Counted from the stretch's first letter, positions 48,606-58,839 are shown. The stretch is DNA of 64,000 nt from Candidatus Collierbacteria bacterium UBA2277 (GCA_002347045.1 DDWV01000001.1:355844-419843); one strand, 5' to 3'. Made by a program: numbers and translations. Notes: generated from the sequence alone by a model not told the origin.

Positions 48606-49358
48606 ATGAATAATATCGCAACGCCACTCTTATTATCCTTTTTGGCTGGAATTAGTACAGTAATAGGAAGTTTGTTTTTGTTTTCTTTTAAGAAGTTCAA
48701 TGACAAACATCTCAGCTTCTTTTTGGGAGTGTCTGCTGGTTCAATGGTTTACCTTTCTTTTATGGAACTAATGCCAGAGGCCATTTCAAACATTGGTTTT
48801 GCTTACTCAAATATCACTTTCTTTTTGGGTATTTTGTTTATGTCTCTTTTTGATATTTTTGTACCTCATCACATCATGAGTTTTTGTAATAGAAAAGGGA
48901 TAAAGTTCGACAAGCTAATGGTTTCTGGAATAATGGTGGCTATTGCAATTACAATACATAATTTCCCTGAAGGGATTGCCGTTTTTATGAGCTCTCTTGG
49001 CGACATAAGACTAGGATTACTAATCGCCTTTGCAACTGCAATTCACAATATTCCTGAAGGTCTAGCAGTAGCTGCTCCGATTTATTACTCATCAAAAAGT
49101 AAGCTGAAGGCTGTTGGTTTTTCTTTTCTAGCGGGCATTGCAGAACCCATTGGCGCAATTCTTGCTTATTTAATCCTAAAACCATATTTGTCCGTCGAGT
49201 TTTTGAACTACATATTTGCCTTTGTTGCTGGAGTAATGGTCTATATAAGTTTTGACGAACTATTGCCTTCTTGTTTTGAGTATAAATGTGGACACACTGC
49301 AATAATAGGAATTATTTCTGGGATGATGCTCATGGCTTTGAGCCTTAGTTTTATTTAG
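48606..49358 (+). CDS. zupT: ZIP-family zinc transporter ZupT
   Basis: 250 aa, 8 TM. HNFPEGIAV and HNIPEGLAV metal-binding motifs. Confidence 0.85.
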   Translation: MNNIATPLLLSFLAGISTVIGSLFLFSFKKFNDKHLSFFLGVSAGSMVYLSFMELMPEAISNIGFAYSNITFFLGILFMSLFDIFVPHHIMSFCNRKGIKFDKLMVSGIMVAIAITIHNFPEGIAVFMSSLGDIRLGLLIAFATAIHNIPEGLAVAAPIYYSSKSKLKAVGFSFLAGIAEPIGAILAYLILKPYLSVEFLNYIFAFVAGVMVYISFDELLPSCFEYKCGHTAIIGIISGMMLMALSLSFI

Positions 49359-49475
49359 TTTTTTCCCTATTTTTAATGGTGGTTTTGTGAGAAACAGGAC
49401 TATAAATAAGGATGTTTTGGGAATTAGTCTACAAAAATGCTATAGCGACCAAGGCCTAAGTGGTAATATATAAAA

Positions 49476-49754
49476 ATGTCGAGACCAAAAGTACGCCGTT
49501 TTTTAAATTTTGACCCAAAAATAGTTCATTTTAAGCCTCAAGGTGTTCCCTTACGTGAACTTGAAGAGGTGATTCTTCAGTCTGATGAGATTGAGGCAAT
49601 TAAGCTTTATCATATAGATAATCTTAATCAGGTTGAGGCGGCAAAAATGATGAAAATTTCACAGCCCACTTTCGCGAGAATCTTGGATGGTGCTTTCAAA
49701 AAAGTTGCGAGTGCATTGATAGTAGGGAAATCTATTCTGATTGAGAAAAAATAA
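49476..49754 (+). CDS. DUF134/UPF0251-like predicted DNA-binding protein
   Basis: 92 aa. N-terminal RPKVRRFLNFDPKIVHFKPQGVP plus a sigma-70-region-4-like HTH (EAAKMMKISQPTFARIL). Confidence 0.55.
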   Translation: MSRPKVRRFLNFDPKIVHFKPQGVPLRELEEVILQSDEIEAIKLYHIDNLNQVEAAKMMKISQPTFARILDGAFKKVASALIVGKSILIEKK

Positions 49755-49794
49755 TTGAGTGTTTATTTTTCATTTGATTGAGCAGATAAAGAAA

Positions 49795-49822
49795 AAACCC
49801 GTCAATGACGGGTTTGGATAGG
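49795..49822 (-). terminator. intrinsic terminator hairpin AAACCCGTCA-a-TGACGGGTTT. The U-tract is strongest on the minus strand (bidirectional potential)
   Basis: Immediately downstream of the L,D-transpeptidase stop at 49825. The minus-strand RNA would end ...GGGUUUUUUCUUU. Confidence 0.7.
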
Positions 49823-49824
49823 TT

Positions 49825-50574
49825 TTATGGATTGACTATGACAGGGGTTCCAAGAGGCGCCCAGTGATATAGCCATCTGGCTTCTTCTGGCCTGAAATTT
49901 ACACAACCATGGCTCATTGGCTGGCCAAAGTTGCTGTGCCAGTATGCCCCATGAAGAGCGTAGCCTTCAAAAAAATACATTGTCCAGGGAACATTTGGAG
50001 TACTGTATCCTGGTCCAGACATGGTCGTTGACTCGTATTTGAGATAGATAGCAAACTCACCAATAACCGTTGGGGTGCTTGGTTTGCCTGTTGAGACAAC
50101 AAAGCTTTTAACTACCAAGTCGCCCTTATAGGCATAGGCCATTTGTTGTGACAGAATAACAACGACCTTCTTCTGTGGAGCTTCCTTTGGCTCAAAAGCT
50201 TCTGTGGAGCTTGGGATCGTGATTACCTGCCCAAGGTAGATACTATCAACATCTGTGATGTTGTTTGCTAGGGCAAGAGATTCTACAGAAACACCATACA
50301 ATTCGGATATCCGACTTAACGTATCCCCTGCAACAACGAGGTGTTCACTAATTACTGGCCCTGTGGCATCGATAATGATGGTAGCTGTTACCGTAGGGTC
50401 GGGTGTGGGTGTCTCTGTAGAGATGGGCGTCTGAGTAGTAACAATGATTGGCATAGGTGTCAGTGATGGCTGAGCGGTAACAACGGTTGTGGGAGTCGTG
50501 TCTGGCTGATCTGATGACAGAAAAAGTACAAATAGTACAAAGGTAACTACAAACAAAATCCTTTTTGTAGACAA
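49825..50574 (-). CDS. LysM-domain L,D-transpeptidase (YkuD family)
   Basis: 249 aa. Signal/TM. LysM (AGDTLSRISELYGVSVESLALANNI). Catalytic SHGCVNF. Confidence 0.8.
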   Translation of the reverse strand: MSTKRILFVVTFVLFVLFLSSDQPDTTPTTVVTAQPSLTPMPIIVTTQTPISTETPTPDPTVTATIIIDATGPVISEHLVVAGDTLSRISELYGVSVESLALANNITDVDSIYLGQVITIPSSTEAFEPKEAPQKKVVVILSQQMAYAYKGDLVVKSFVVSTGKPSTPTVIGEFAIYLKYESTTMSGPGYSTPNVPWTMYFFEGYALHGAYWHSNFGQPMSHGCVNFRPEEARWLYHWAPLGTPVIVNP

Positions 50575-50718
50575 AATTCCTCCAATCTATTTAAAGAGCT
50601 TAGTCCTGATATTGTATCAGGAAAACTTGATTTGAAAGGAAAAACTGTTTATACTGAAGTTCCAGGAGATGAGATATACAAACCTGGGTTTTCGACAAAA
50701 AGTTATTAATCGAGTTTT

Positions 50719-51822
50719 TTGGCCCTTATGAAAGAGGGTCTTTTTTTTAGAACTGCAAAAGAGATAGAGAATGAAAAAATTGATATCGAAAGATATGGAC
50801 AGATAATTTATAACTCTGAGGTTTATCGACCTTGGCTGGGAGAGTGTTCTCAGATATCTGTGCTGGAAACTGGTCTTAAAGGAAAACCAAAGAATATTTC
50901 AATTGTGTCTTCTCCTGAAGCAGAAGCAATAAGTGGAGCAGGGTGTTTTATCCTTGACCCTAATAATCATAATTTGAGATTTGTACTACCTAGATTTCAC
51001 CTGGGAGTCCCAGCTCAGATTGACATGGAGATGGCTGTTAACCAACTTGTACATACGAGAATTATTTCTGAGGCTGTTGAAGAAATTGACTCAAACGACA
51101 GCGGAATAATTTACTTTGCAAGAGAGGGTCATCTTACTCAAATGCAAAAGGCAGTATTTTTACACTCTTATAAAAATCTGCCGACAACCTTGATAAGCAT
51201 CAGCCACAAGCCAGCTGATAACGAGTACTCTCGATTGGCATTTTTTTCGGCAGAGCCAAACCTAGAAGGATTTGGAGACAATCTCCACACAGTAATTCTT
51301 TGTGACCCAGTAGCTTCGGGGATGCAACACGTAGCAATGATAGAGAAGCTCGAAGAGATGGGAAGACTACCAAAAAAGATTGTCGTGATTGCTCCGATGG
51401 CTACAAAATTTGGATTGAGTGTTATTGAAAGAGTTTGTAAAGAAAAAAACGTTGAGTTTGTAGCTGGCGTGGCAGGCGTTTTGCTAGATACTCAACCTCC
51501 TCTACGGTATTACTCTCCATATCCAGTTGACGTGCATCAAGCTGCAGATAGTGACTTGCATGCTTTAATGAGAGGTCTCTTTGGAGACAAATTGGGTAAA
51601 TCATGCATTCGCTGTAACTGGACTGGTACTTTTTGGGGAGGAACAAAAATGCCACTAATAGACTCAGATGAAGAGTTGTCTCAGGTTGACCTTTCAAACG
51701 AGGAGTTATTCAGAATATGCGCTCAACTTAGCGAGAATATTGCGAACGACATTAATGTTTTAGAGAAATTGCTGCCTTTATCGACAAAAATCTTGCTTAG
51801 AGATAGACAAAGGATAAGATAA
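50719..51822 (+). CDS. hypothetical protein with C-terminal phosphoribosyltransferase (PRTase, Upp-like) domain and unrecognised ~160-aa N-terminal domain
   Basis: 367 aa. PRPP-binding loop TVILCDPVASGMQHVAMIEKL..KKIVVIAPMAT. Upp-like C-terminal GLFGDKLGK. Confidence 0.45.
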   Translation: MALMKEGLFFRTAKEIENEKIDIERYGQIIYNSEVYRPWLGECSQISVLETGLKGKPKNISIVSSPEAEAISGAGCFILDPNNHNLRFVLPRFHLGVPAQIDMEMAVNQLVHTRIISEAVEEIDSNDSGIIYFAREGHLTQMQKAVFLHSYKNLPTTLISISHKPADNEYSRLAFFSAEPNLEGFGDNLHTVILCDPVASGMQHVAMIEKLEEMGRLPKKIVVIAPMATKFGLSVIERVCKEKNVEFVAGVAGVLLDTQPPLRYYSPYPVDVHQAADSDLHALMRGLFGDKLGKSCIRCNWTGTFWGGTKMPLIDSDEELSQVDLSNEELFRICAQLSENIANDINVLEKLLPLSTKILLRDRQRIR

Positions 51823-51831
51823 AATAGAGTC

Positions 51832-52569
51832 GTGAACAAAAAAATTAATTTTATTACTCTTGAAGGCCGAAACATGGTGCATGACGCCTTGCTGTCGGGC
51901 CAGAAGATTGTTTCAGTTATTATTTCTACCTCTTCACTTAAAGAGCCCAGAATTATAGAGATCGAAACACTTGCAAACAAAAAAGGTGTCCGAGTTCAGA
52001 AAGTAAGTTCTGAAGAGATCAGTGAAATTAGTGACTCCAGAAATCCTCAGGGGGTTGTGGCTCTTATGAACATACTTGAGCCTCCTTCTTTAGAAGAGGT
52101 TCTAAAAGAAAAGAGGGATGTTAACATCCTGCTACTCAACCACATTGATTATGAACAAAACTTGGGTGCTATTTTACGTAGCGCATGGGCATCTGGAGTT
52201 GATTTGGTAATTGCATCGCCAAACGGTGTACACGAAGTTACTCCAGTTGTGGCAAAGGTATCAATGGGTGCTGCTGCATATGTTCCTCTTCTATCGATGA
52301 GTCTTTTTCAAGCAATCAAATTGCTGCATAAATACGCCGTACCTGTTGTAGGAGTTGAGGTTAATATGGGAGATTCTTACACCAACACAAACTTGAGAGG
52401 GCCTGTAGCTTTTGTGATGGGAGGAGAGGCTGTTGGACTTTCAGAACCACTGCAGAAAGAGTGCGATATATTTGTAAATATTCCTATGAATGTAGAGGTT
52501 GCCTCGCTGAACGTGAGTGTAGCCACTGCCCTAGTCTTGTTTGAAAAGATGAGGCAAGAGAATCAATAA
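51832..52569 (+). CDS. rlmB: SpoU/TrmH-family RNA 2'-O-methyltransferase (RlmB-like)
   Basis: 245 aa. SPOUT motifs LLLNHIDYEQNLGAILRSA, FVMGGEAVGLS, VASLNVSVA. Confidence 0.75.
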   Translation: MNKKINFITLEGRNMVHDALLSGQKIVSVIISTSSLKEPRIIEIETLANKKGVRVQKVSSEEISEISDSRNPQGVVALMNILEPPSLEEVLKEKRDVNILLLNHIDYEQNLGAILRSAWASGVDLVIASPNGVHEVTPVVAKVSMGAAAYVPLLSMSLFQAIKLLHKYAVPVVGVEVNMGDSYTNTNLRGPVAFVMGGEAVGLSEPLQKECDIFVNIPMNVEVASLNVSVATALVLFEKMRQENQ

Positions 52570-52599
52570 ATTTGTAATATTTCGTGCTAGTATTGATAC

Positions 52600-52908
52600 A
52601 TGGAAATAGCATATAAGTTGGCGGGCAGCGATGCGGAAATAAAAAATTGGGTAGAGAGCCATGGAGGAAAGCCAGCTATCATTGATGATGTTGAGGTCAC
52701 CCAGGACGAAACTGGACTAAGAATAAACTGGGAAGGAAAAAGAGATGAGTTGATGCTGAGTAAGGGCAGAGAGACCACGAAAGATATTTCTTGGGAAGAG
52801 TTTTTTTCGATAATGAAAAGGAAGGATCTAATTTTCTTGTATTCAGATTCAGAGGAAGTTGACCAAACATTGAGCTATAAATTTTCAAACAAGTACAAAG
52901 AAAGATAA
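52600..52908 (+). CDS. hypothetical protein
   Basis: 102-aa ORF, acidic, no motif. Confidence 0.35.
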   Translation: MEIAYKLAGSDAEIKNWVESHGGKPAIIDDVEVTQDETGLRINWEGKRDELMLSKGRETTKDISWEEFFSIMKRKDLIFLYSDSEEVDQTLSYKFSNKYKER

Positions 52909-52957
52909 AGATACCGTTTTGCCAATAGGAAAAATCAGTTTTATGAAATAAAATATT

Positions 52958-53263
52958 TTGATGGCAACCAAGTACCTAGAGACATTTAATGAAATGGTAT
53001 CAAAATATGAAAAAGAGTTTGATGCCTTCCAAGAGCTGCACGATAAATATGAAGAGGATCCGGTGAAGTGGCAAGCGGAGTTTAACAAAGAAGGGTTTAA
53101 GATTATGGAGATTGTTCGAGAGTATGAAAATAGACTATGCGGACACATGGAAAACACTCAGAATGCAACCTATTCTGCTAGACTTGCTGAAAAGTTTCAC
53201 AACGAAATAAAGAGATATCTACCCAAACTTGACATGATAGGCGTGACGATATCGAATGGGTAG
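52958..53263 (+). CDS. hypothetical protein
   Basis: 101-aa ORF, helical and charged. Confidence 0.35.
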   Translation: MMATKYLETFNEMVSKYEKEFDAFQELHDKYEEDPVKWQAEFNKEGFKIMEIVREYENRLCGHMENTQNATYSARLAEKFHNEIKRYLPKLDMIGVTISNG

Positions 53264-53266
53264 TAC

Positions 53267-53638
53267 TTATTGAACTCCGCAGTCCGTTTTGATTTTCTCT
53301 AAGAGAATTGAACAAAATTGGTCAGAAGCTGCTTTTTTTATCTGAATTATTTGCTCATTTGCTAGATCTGCGGCTTTTTGGGTGACGTCATCAGTAATTT
53401 GTTTAAGAGGTGAGTCTTTGGAGTAGTCAGTATATGTACCCATGACTTGAGGAGTGGGAACCTGAATTTTGGAAGGAAGAATTTTGTTTGCTGTTTCTAC
53501 TGCGGGTATGACAACGGATGTTTGAAAAGATGGATTTTTTATGTAATAGTCAACTGGTTTGGAGATTTGGGGAAACATTTTGTACAGTCCAAATATTGCG
53601 AACGTAATTAGAAGTATTCGAACAAATATATTATCCAT
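53267..53638 (-). CDS. hypothetical membrane-anchored protein
   Basis: 123 aa, N-terminal TM. Its start overlaps the upstream ATP-cone gene by 8 nt. Confidence 0.4.
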   Translation of the reverse strand: MDNIFVRILLITFAIFGLYKMFPQISKPVDYYIKNPSFQTSVVIPAVETANKILPSKIQVPTPQVMGTYTDYSKDSPLKQITDDVTQKAADLANEQIIQIKKAASDQFCSILLEKIKTDCGVQ

Positions 53639-54482
53639 TATCTTTGCAGATACTAGCGATATTTTTTAATATTAGAGATTTTTCATTTTCGTCTAGGAGA
53701 TCGTGGGTTTGATTGTTGAGTATTGCTGTCTTTAGTCTCGAACAAGTCACTATTCCAAGATCTAACAAAAATTTTATTTTGTTTTTTGGCACTTCACTGA
53801 GTAAAGTGACCGGATGCAACCCTGAAGAAACTATCATGTCCTGCAAACTTTTTCCTTTTGGGTATGTCCAAGTAGTGACTTTTTGACCGACACAGTTGCA
53901 GTAACTTTCTACATCTGAGGTAACTTTTGTATTGGTTACAAGCCAAGAATGGTTTTTTACTGGATTATTGGTGCCTCCTTGAGCGTTATCAATGTCTAAA
54001 AATCTTGAGTGTGTATATAAAGCAACTTGTATATCTGTTTTGTGACCGGGGTTGTTGTGAAACTTGCACTCAATGTAGTTTTTTTCTTCTTTTTTTAAGG
54101 CGATAACATCGACTTCATGGGTGACACATTTTCCCTGAGTCACTACACCAACCTCTGTCCTGTAGCCATCCATCTTTAAGATATCTGAAAATAAAATCTC
54201 GAAGGGGAAACCAGACGGTCCCATGGCCATTACAGCTCTTTTTAGACCATAGTTAAAGTAATTATTGACTGGTGCGTTTTGATGTAAAAATGAAAAAAGG
54301 TGACCATATATAGCGTCGGTAGAGATTCCTGGCTTGAGATGGTGTCTTAGGTGGTCAACTGCGCGAGAAGTGGTATCGAGTGACAGTCCCGATGAAGCAA
54401 GGGATCTAATTACTTTCTCTTCACTGTAAGGCTCTGTTGTGCCAGAGGCCTTGATGACATTGATAGGACGTAAATTTTGCAT
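53631..54482 (-). CDS. ATP-cone domain fused to restriction-endonuclease-fold (Mrr-like PD-(D/E)xK) domain
   Basis: 283 aa. N-terminus INVIKASGTTEPYSEEKVIRSL is ATP-cone-like (compare NrdR/RNR VIKRDGTxExFDxxKI). Central ...GYRTEVGV..HEVDVIALK..YIECKFH matches the PD-(D/E)xK arrangement. Confidence 0.5.
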   Translation of the reverse strand: MQNLRPINVIKASGTTEPYSEEKVIRSLASSGLSLDTTSRAVDHLRHHLKPGISTDAIYGHLFSFLHQNAPVNNYFNYGLKRAVMAMGPSGFPFEILFSDILKMDGYRTEVGVVTQGKCVTHEVDVIALKKEEKNYIECKFHNNPGHKTDIQVALYTHSRFLDIDNAQGGTNNPVKNHSWLVTNTKVTSDVESYCNCVGQKVTTWTYPKGKSLQDMIVSSGLHPVTLLSEVPKNKIKFLLDLGIVTCSRLKTAILNNQTHDLLDENEKSLILKNIASICKDNG

Positions 54483-54589
54483 CTAACTTTATAATAGCAG
54501 GTTGGCCATTTTGAATATGGTAGCGATCAGAAGATCGTGCTTTGAATGATTGATTAGAAAGTAAACTGAATATAGGTTAAAATTGTAGT

Positions 54590-55831
54590 ATGAAAATGAG
54601 TAAGATGGGCATTCGCCCAGAAAAGACATCCCCTAGAGATGCTGAGTCGATAAATCATAAACTTTTAGTACAAGCTGGCTTTATTCACCAAGAGATGGCT
54701 GGCGTTTATTCTTTTTTGCCTTTAGGTCTTCGAGTTTTGAATAAAATTGAAGGCATAGTGAGGAAGCACATGGACGAAATAGGATCAGAGCTATTGATGC
54801 CGGCTTTGTCCCCAAAAGACTACTGGAGAACTACTGGAAGGCTTGAAACAATAGATGTTTTGTTTAAGGCTTGTGCTGCAAATGAAGTATCTTTGGCAAA
54901 AAGTGATTCTGAGTATATTTTGTGTCCTACACATGAAGATGTGGTAACACCTCTCATTCAGGCATATAACCCCAGCTACAAAGACTTACCGATAACAGTG
55001 TATCAGATACAGACAAAATTTCGGAATGAACCAAGAGCCAAGTCGGGACTACTTAGATGTCGCGAGTTTCGTATGAAAGATCTGTATAGCTTCCACACTG
55101 ATGAGACAGACCTAAAAAAGTTTTATGAGGATGCAAAAAGAGTGTACATGGATATATTTAACGAGATTGGAATTGGAGATGATACTGTAGTGGCGCTTGC
55201 TTCTGGAGGAGACTTTACCAAGGATTATTCTCATGAATTTCAGACTCGCTGTGATAATGGTGAAGATACTATCTATTTTGACAAGACAACAAAAATTGCT
55301 TACAACAAAGAGGTTAAGCCAGAAGGTGCAGATAATAATCCAAATTTTGAAGTGTATAGCGCCTCTGAAGTTGGAAACATCTTCCCTTTGGGAACGAAGT
55401 ACTCCAAAGCATATGGCTATGAGTATACGGACAAAGATGGATCTAAAAAACCGGTTGTTATGGGTAGCTATGGATTGGGAACAAGCAGACTAATGGGTGT
55501 GTTGGTTGAGAAGTTCCATGATGATAAAGGAATTATCTGGCCAAAGAATGTAGCACCATTCTCAGTTCACTTAATAGACTTGCAGCAAACTGACGAAGCA
55601 CAAAAATGCTATGACAAGTTAAAAAAGAATGGCATAGATGTTCTCTGGGATGATCGAGATCTTAGCGCAGGTGAAAAGTTTGCAAATGCAGACTTAATAG
55701 GATGCCCTGTGAGAGTGGTAATCTCAAAGAGGAGTCTTGACCAAGAAGGACTAGAAGTAAAACTGAGAAATGAATCTGAAAGTAAAATTATTTCTTCTGA
55801 TAACTTGAAGGAATTTATTGAAAATGTTTGA
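54590..55831 (+). CDS. proS: prolyl-tRNA synthetase (compact form without the large editing insertion)
   Basis: 413 aa. Class II motifs (FRNEPRAKSGLLRCREFRMKD, GSYGLGTSR). C-terminal anticodon-binding domain. Confidence 0.9.
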   Translation: MKMSKMGIRPEKTSPRDAESINHKLLVQAGFIHQEMAGVYSFLPLGLRVLNKIEGIVRKHMDEIGSELLMPALSPKDYWRTTGRLETIDVLFKACAANEVSLAKSDSEYILCPTHEDVVTPLIQAYNPSYKDLPITVYQIQTKFRNEPRAKSGLLRCREFRMKDLYSFHTDETDLKKFYEDAKRVYMDIFNEIGIGDDTVVALASGGDFTKDYSHEFQTRCDNGEDTIYFDKTTKIAYNKEVKPEGADNNPNFEVYSASEVGNIFPLGTKYSKAYGYEYTDKDGSKKPVVMGSYGLGTSRLMGVLVEKFHDDKGIIWPKNVAPFSVHLIDLQQTDEAQKCYDKLKKNGIDVLWDDRDLSAGEKFANADLIGCPVRVVISKRSLDQEGLEVKLRNESESKIISSDNLKEFIENV

Positions 55832-56498
55832 GATTGCTGGAATTTCTTTTCACTGGTATGGCCTTTTGATAGGGATAGGGACTTGGATTGCGATGGAGAT
55901 AGCTTTGATCAATCCAAAAAAAATCCAAAAGACACTCCTCGAATCTTCTATGTGGTGGACTATTGCGGGTGGAGTTGTGGGGGCAAGAGTTTATCATGTA
56001 ATTGACTTTTGGAATCAGTATTACTCTGCTAATTTCAGTAGAATATTTTATCTTTGGGATGGAGGACTTGGGATATTTGGGGCATTGGCTGGAGGAATGA
56101 TGGGGTTGGGAGCTTTTTGTGTTTTTAACAAACAAAAGTACTGGATTATGACTGACTCTTTGGTAGTTGGGATCCCTTTGGCGCAAACTATTGGAAGACT
56201 AGGAAATTGGATAAATGGAGAGCTGATTGGAAAGAATGGAGAGCCTTTGTTTGCTATTGAAGGGGCCCTTAACTTGGCGTTGTTCCTTTTACTTATTTTT
56301 GCCTCAGAAAAAAATCTTAAAACTGGACAACTTACCGGGGTGTATTTCTTGGGATACTCTGTAATAAGATTCTTTTTGGAACAAATGAGACCCATAGAGG
56401 CAATCTGGATGATTGGCAGTATTCCTACAGCTCAGATATTTTCACTGGTTTTTGGAGTAACAGGACTATGGCTTATTTTCCGGAAAAAACAATCTTAA
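55818..56498 (+). CDS. lgt: prolipoprotein diacylglyceryl transferase
   Basis: 226 aa. HWYGLLIGIG N-terminal signature, G-rich TM segments, GRLGNWINGE. Confidence 0.8.
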   Translation: MKMFEIAGISFHWYGLLIGIGTWIAMEIALINPKKIQKTLLESSMWWTIAGGVVGARVYHVIDFWNQYYSANFSRIFYLWDGGLGIFGALAGGMMGLGAFCVFNKQKYWIMTDSLVVGIPLAQTIGRLGNWINGELIGKNGEPLFAIEGALNLALFLLLIFASEKNLKTGQLTGVYFLGYSVIRFFLEQMRPIEAIWMIGSIPTAQIFSLVFGVTGLWLIFRKKQS

Positions 56499-58839
56499 CG
56501 ACGTCGTCCATACTGCCTACAAAACTAAATTTAAGATCATTTCTTACCTTTTCAGGAAGGTCTACCAGATTTTTTTCGTTGTCTTTAGGCAGAATTATTC
56601 TCTTTATCCCTGCTCTGTGAGCTGCGACAACTTTTTCTCTTACTCCACCTATCTCCAGTGCCCTACCCCTGAGAGTTACTTCGCCTGTCATAGCTAAATC
56701 TTTGGGAACTGACTTTCCGGTAAGGGCGGAGACTATTGCTGTAGTGATCGCCAGGCCTGCGCTTGGACCATCTTTGGGAACTGCTCCTTCTGGAACGTGA
56801 ATATGGATGTCTGTTTTGGCAATTCTGGAGTCTTTGATGCCCAGAGAGTCACTGTGTGAACGAACATATGAAAAAGCAGCTTTTGCCGATTCTTTCATAA
56901 CGTCCCCCAGCTGACCTGTAAGTATAATTTTGCCTTGACCGTGCATAACGGCGACTTCAATAAATAAAATATCTCCTCCAGCTCTTGTATAAGCTAGCCC
57001 AGTGACCAATCCAACCTGGTCTTTTTCTTCAGCAAGTGTGTGACTATATATAACAGGTCCAAGATATTTACTAATTTTTTGTTTTGTAATTGAGATGGGG
57101 AGGTCTGAAGAAGAAGCTTTTGCTCTTGCTATCTTTCTCATAATTGAGGCTATTTGACGCTCTAGATTTCTGACACCCGCTTCTCTGGTGTAGTGACGAA
57201 CTAGGAACCTTAGAATATTTGATGAAAGTACAAAATCTTTTAGGCTGATAGCGTTTGCTTCTGCCTGCTTTTTGATGAGATATTTCTTTGCAATTGAGAA
57301 TTTTTCTTCCTCAGTGTAGCCTGAAAATTCGATAACTTCAAGACGATCTCTGAGCGCTGCAGGAATAGTGTCTAAGACATTGGCTGTAGTAATAAACAGA
57401 ACTTGAGAAAGATCAAAGGGGATATCTAAATAGTGATCTTGAAAAGCAAAGTTTTGTTCTGGGTCGAGGGCTTCAAGTAGAGCCGAGCTAGGATCGCCGC
57501 GGAAATCAGCACCTATTTTGTCTATTTCATCTAGCATAAAGACGGGGTTACTAACTCCGCTGTCTTTAATTGACTGAATTATCCTTCCCGGCATAGCCCC
57601 AACATATGTTCTTCTGTGGCCACGAATTTCTGCTTCATCTTTTAGACCACCTAGTGACATTTTGACAAATTTTCTGCCGATGGCCTTTGCAATTGAACGC
57701 CCGACTGATGTTTTTCCAACACCGGGAGGCCCAACAAAACAAAGAATTGTCGGGGGGTTAACTGCTTGTTTCTTTGTTTTTTTAACCAGGTCATTTTTTA
57801 GCTTCAAAACTGCAATATATTCCAGAATTCTTTCTTTAACTTTTTCTAGTCCATAGTGGTCTTGGTTTAAAATTTTTTCTGCTTTTATTAGAGAGTAATT
57901 ACTTTTTGTGAGACTGTTCCAAGGAAGTTCTAAAACTGTTTCTGTCCAGGTACGAAGATACGAAGTTTCTGGATTGTGAACAGATAGCTTACTAAGACGT
58001 TTTAGCTCTTTGGATACTTTTGTGTGTATTTCTTGAGGAAGTTTAGCGCTTTTAAGTTTGTTTCTAAGTTCTGTGATTTCCTCTTCTTCGTTCCCCTCTC
58101 CGAGTTCTTTTTGGATAGCTCTCATTCGCTCTCGAAGAACAGCTTCTTTCATACTTTCGTCAAAGTGCTTTTGGGTTTTGTTTTCGATCTTTTTTTCTAG
58201 TTCTAGAATTTTTATCTCGTCGGTGAGATGCTCGTTGACAAAAGATAATCTGCTGCTGAGTGAGTTATTTTCCAGAAGTTTTTGCTTACTGTCGTTTTTT
58301 ATGTCTAGGACTGAGGAAATTTGGTGAGATATAAGCAAAGGGTCTGAACTACTGGATATTTTTGACAAGACACCCGGCTCTACATTGACCTTTCCTAGCT
58401 CAACAGCTCTTTTTATCTGAGCAACAGCTCTTTTTGAGAGGGCTGATATTTCGTTGGTTACATTGTTGTCTTCAGGAAGTTCTTCTACGGTAGCCCAGAC
58501 CAATCCATCTTTTTCTTCTAGGTTACTGATTCTTACACGGAATAATCCACGAACTATTGCATGAAGCTCTTCGTTGACAGGAAGCGTCTTTACTATGCGA
58601 CAAACAGTGCCAATAAAATAGTAGTCGTCTAAACTTGCGGCATTAATTCTGGGATCTTTCTGCGAGACAAAACAGACCTCCCTGTTACTTGTGAAGGCAT
58701 TATTGATACCGGCGATAGACACTGGCCTACCAAAGGTAAGGACAGCTTCTGTATCTGGAAAAATTACTCCTTCTCGTAAACCAATGAAGGGTACTATTTT
58801 TGAGGAATCTGATTTTTTTACAGGTTCGGTTACTGACAT
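56473..58839 (-). CDS. lon: ATP-dependent Lon protease
   Basis: 788 aa. LON N-domain. AAA+ GPPGVGKTS. Catalytic Ser in PKDGPSAG and Lys in TGEVTLRGRA. Confidence 0.95.
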   Translation of the reverse strand: MSVTEPVKKSDSSKIVPFIGLREGVIFPDTEAVLTFGRPVSIAGINNAFTSNREVCFVSQKDPRINAASLDDYYFIGTVCRIVKTLPVNEELHAIVRGLFRVRISNLEEKDGLVWATVEELPEDNNVTNEISALSKRAVAQIKRAVELGKVNVEPGVLSKISSSSDPLLISHQISSVLDIKNDSKQKLLENNSLSSRLSFVNEHLTDEIKILELEKKIENKTQKHFDESMKEAVLRERMRAIQKELGEGNEEEEITELRNKLKSAKLPQEIHTKVSKELKRLSKLSVHNPETSYLRTWTETVLELPWNSLTKSNYSLIKAEKILNQDHYGLEKVKERILEYIAVLKLKNDLVKKTKKQAVNPPTILCFVGPPGVGKTSVGRSIAKAIGRKFVKMSLGGLKDEAEIRGHRRTYVGAMPGRIIQSIKDSGVSNPVFMLDEIDKIGADFRGDPSSALLEALDPEQNFAFQDHYLDIPFDLSQVLFITTANVLDTIPAALRDRLEVIEFSGYTEEEKFSIAKKYLIKKQAEANAISLKDFVLSSNILRFLVRHYTREAGVRNLERQIASIMRKIARAKASSSDLPISITKQKISKYLGPVIYSHTLAEEKDQVGLVTGLAYTRAGGDILFIEVAVMHGQGKIILTGQLGDVMKESAKAAFSYVRSHSDSLGIKDSRIAKTDIHIHVPEGAVPKDGPSAGLAITTAIVSALTGKSVPKDLAMTGEVTLRGRALEIGGVREKVVAAHRAGIKRIILPKDNEKNLVDLPEKVRNDLKFSFVGSMDDVVKIVFSGK

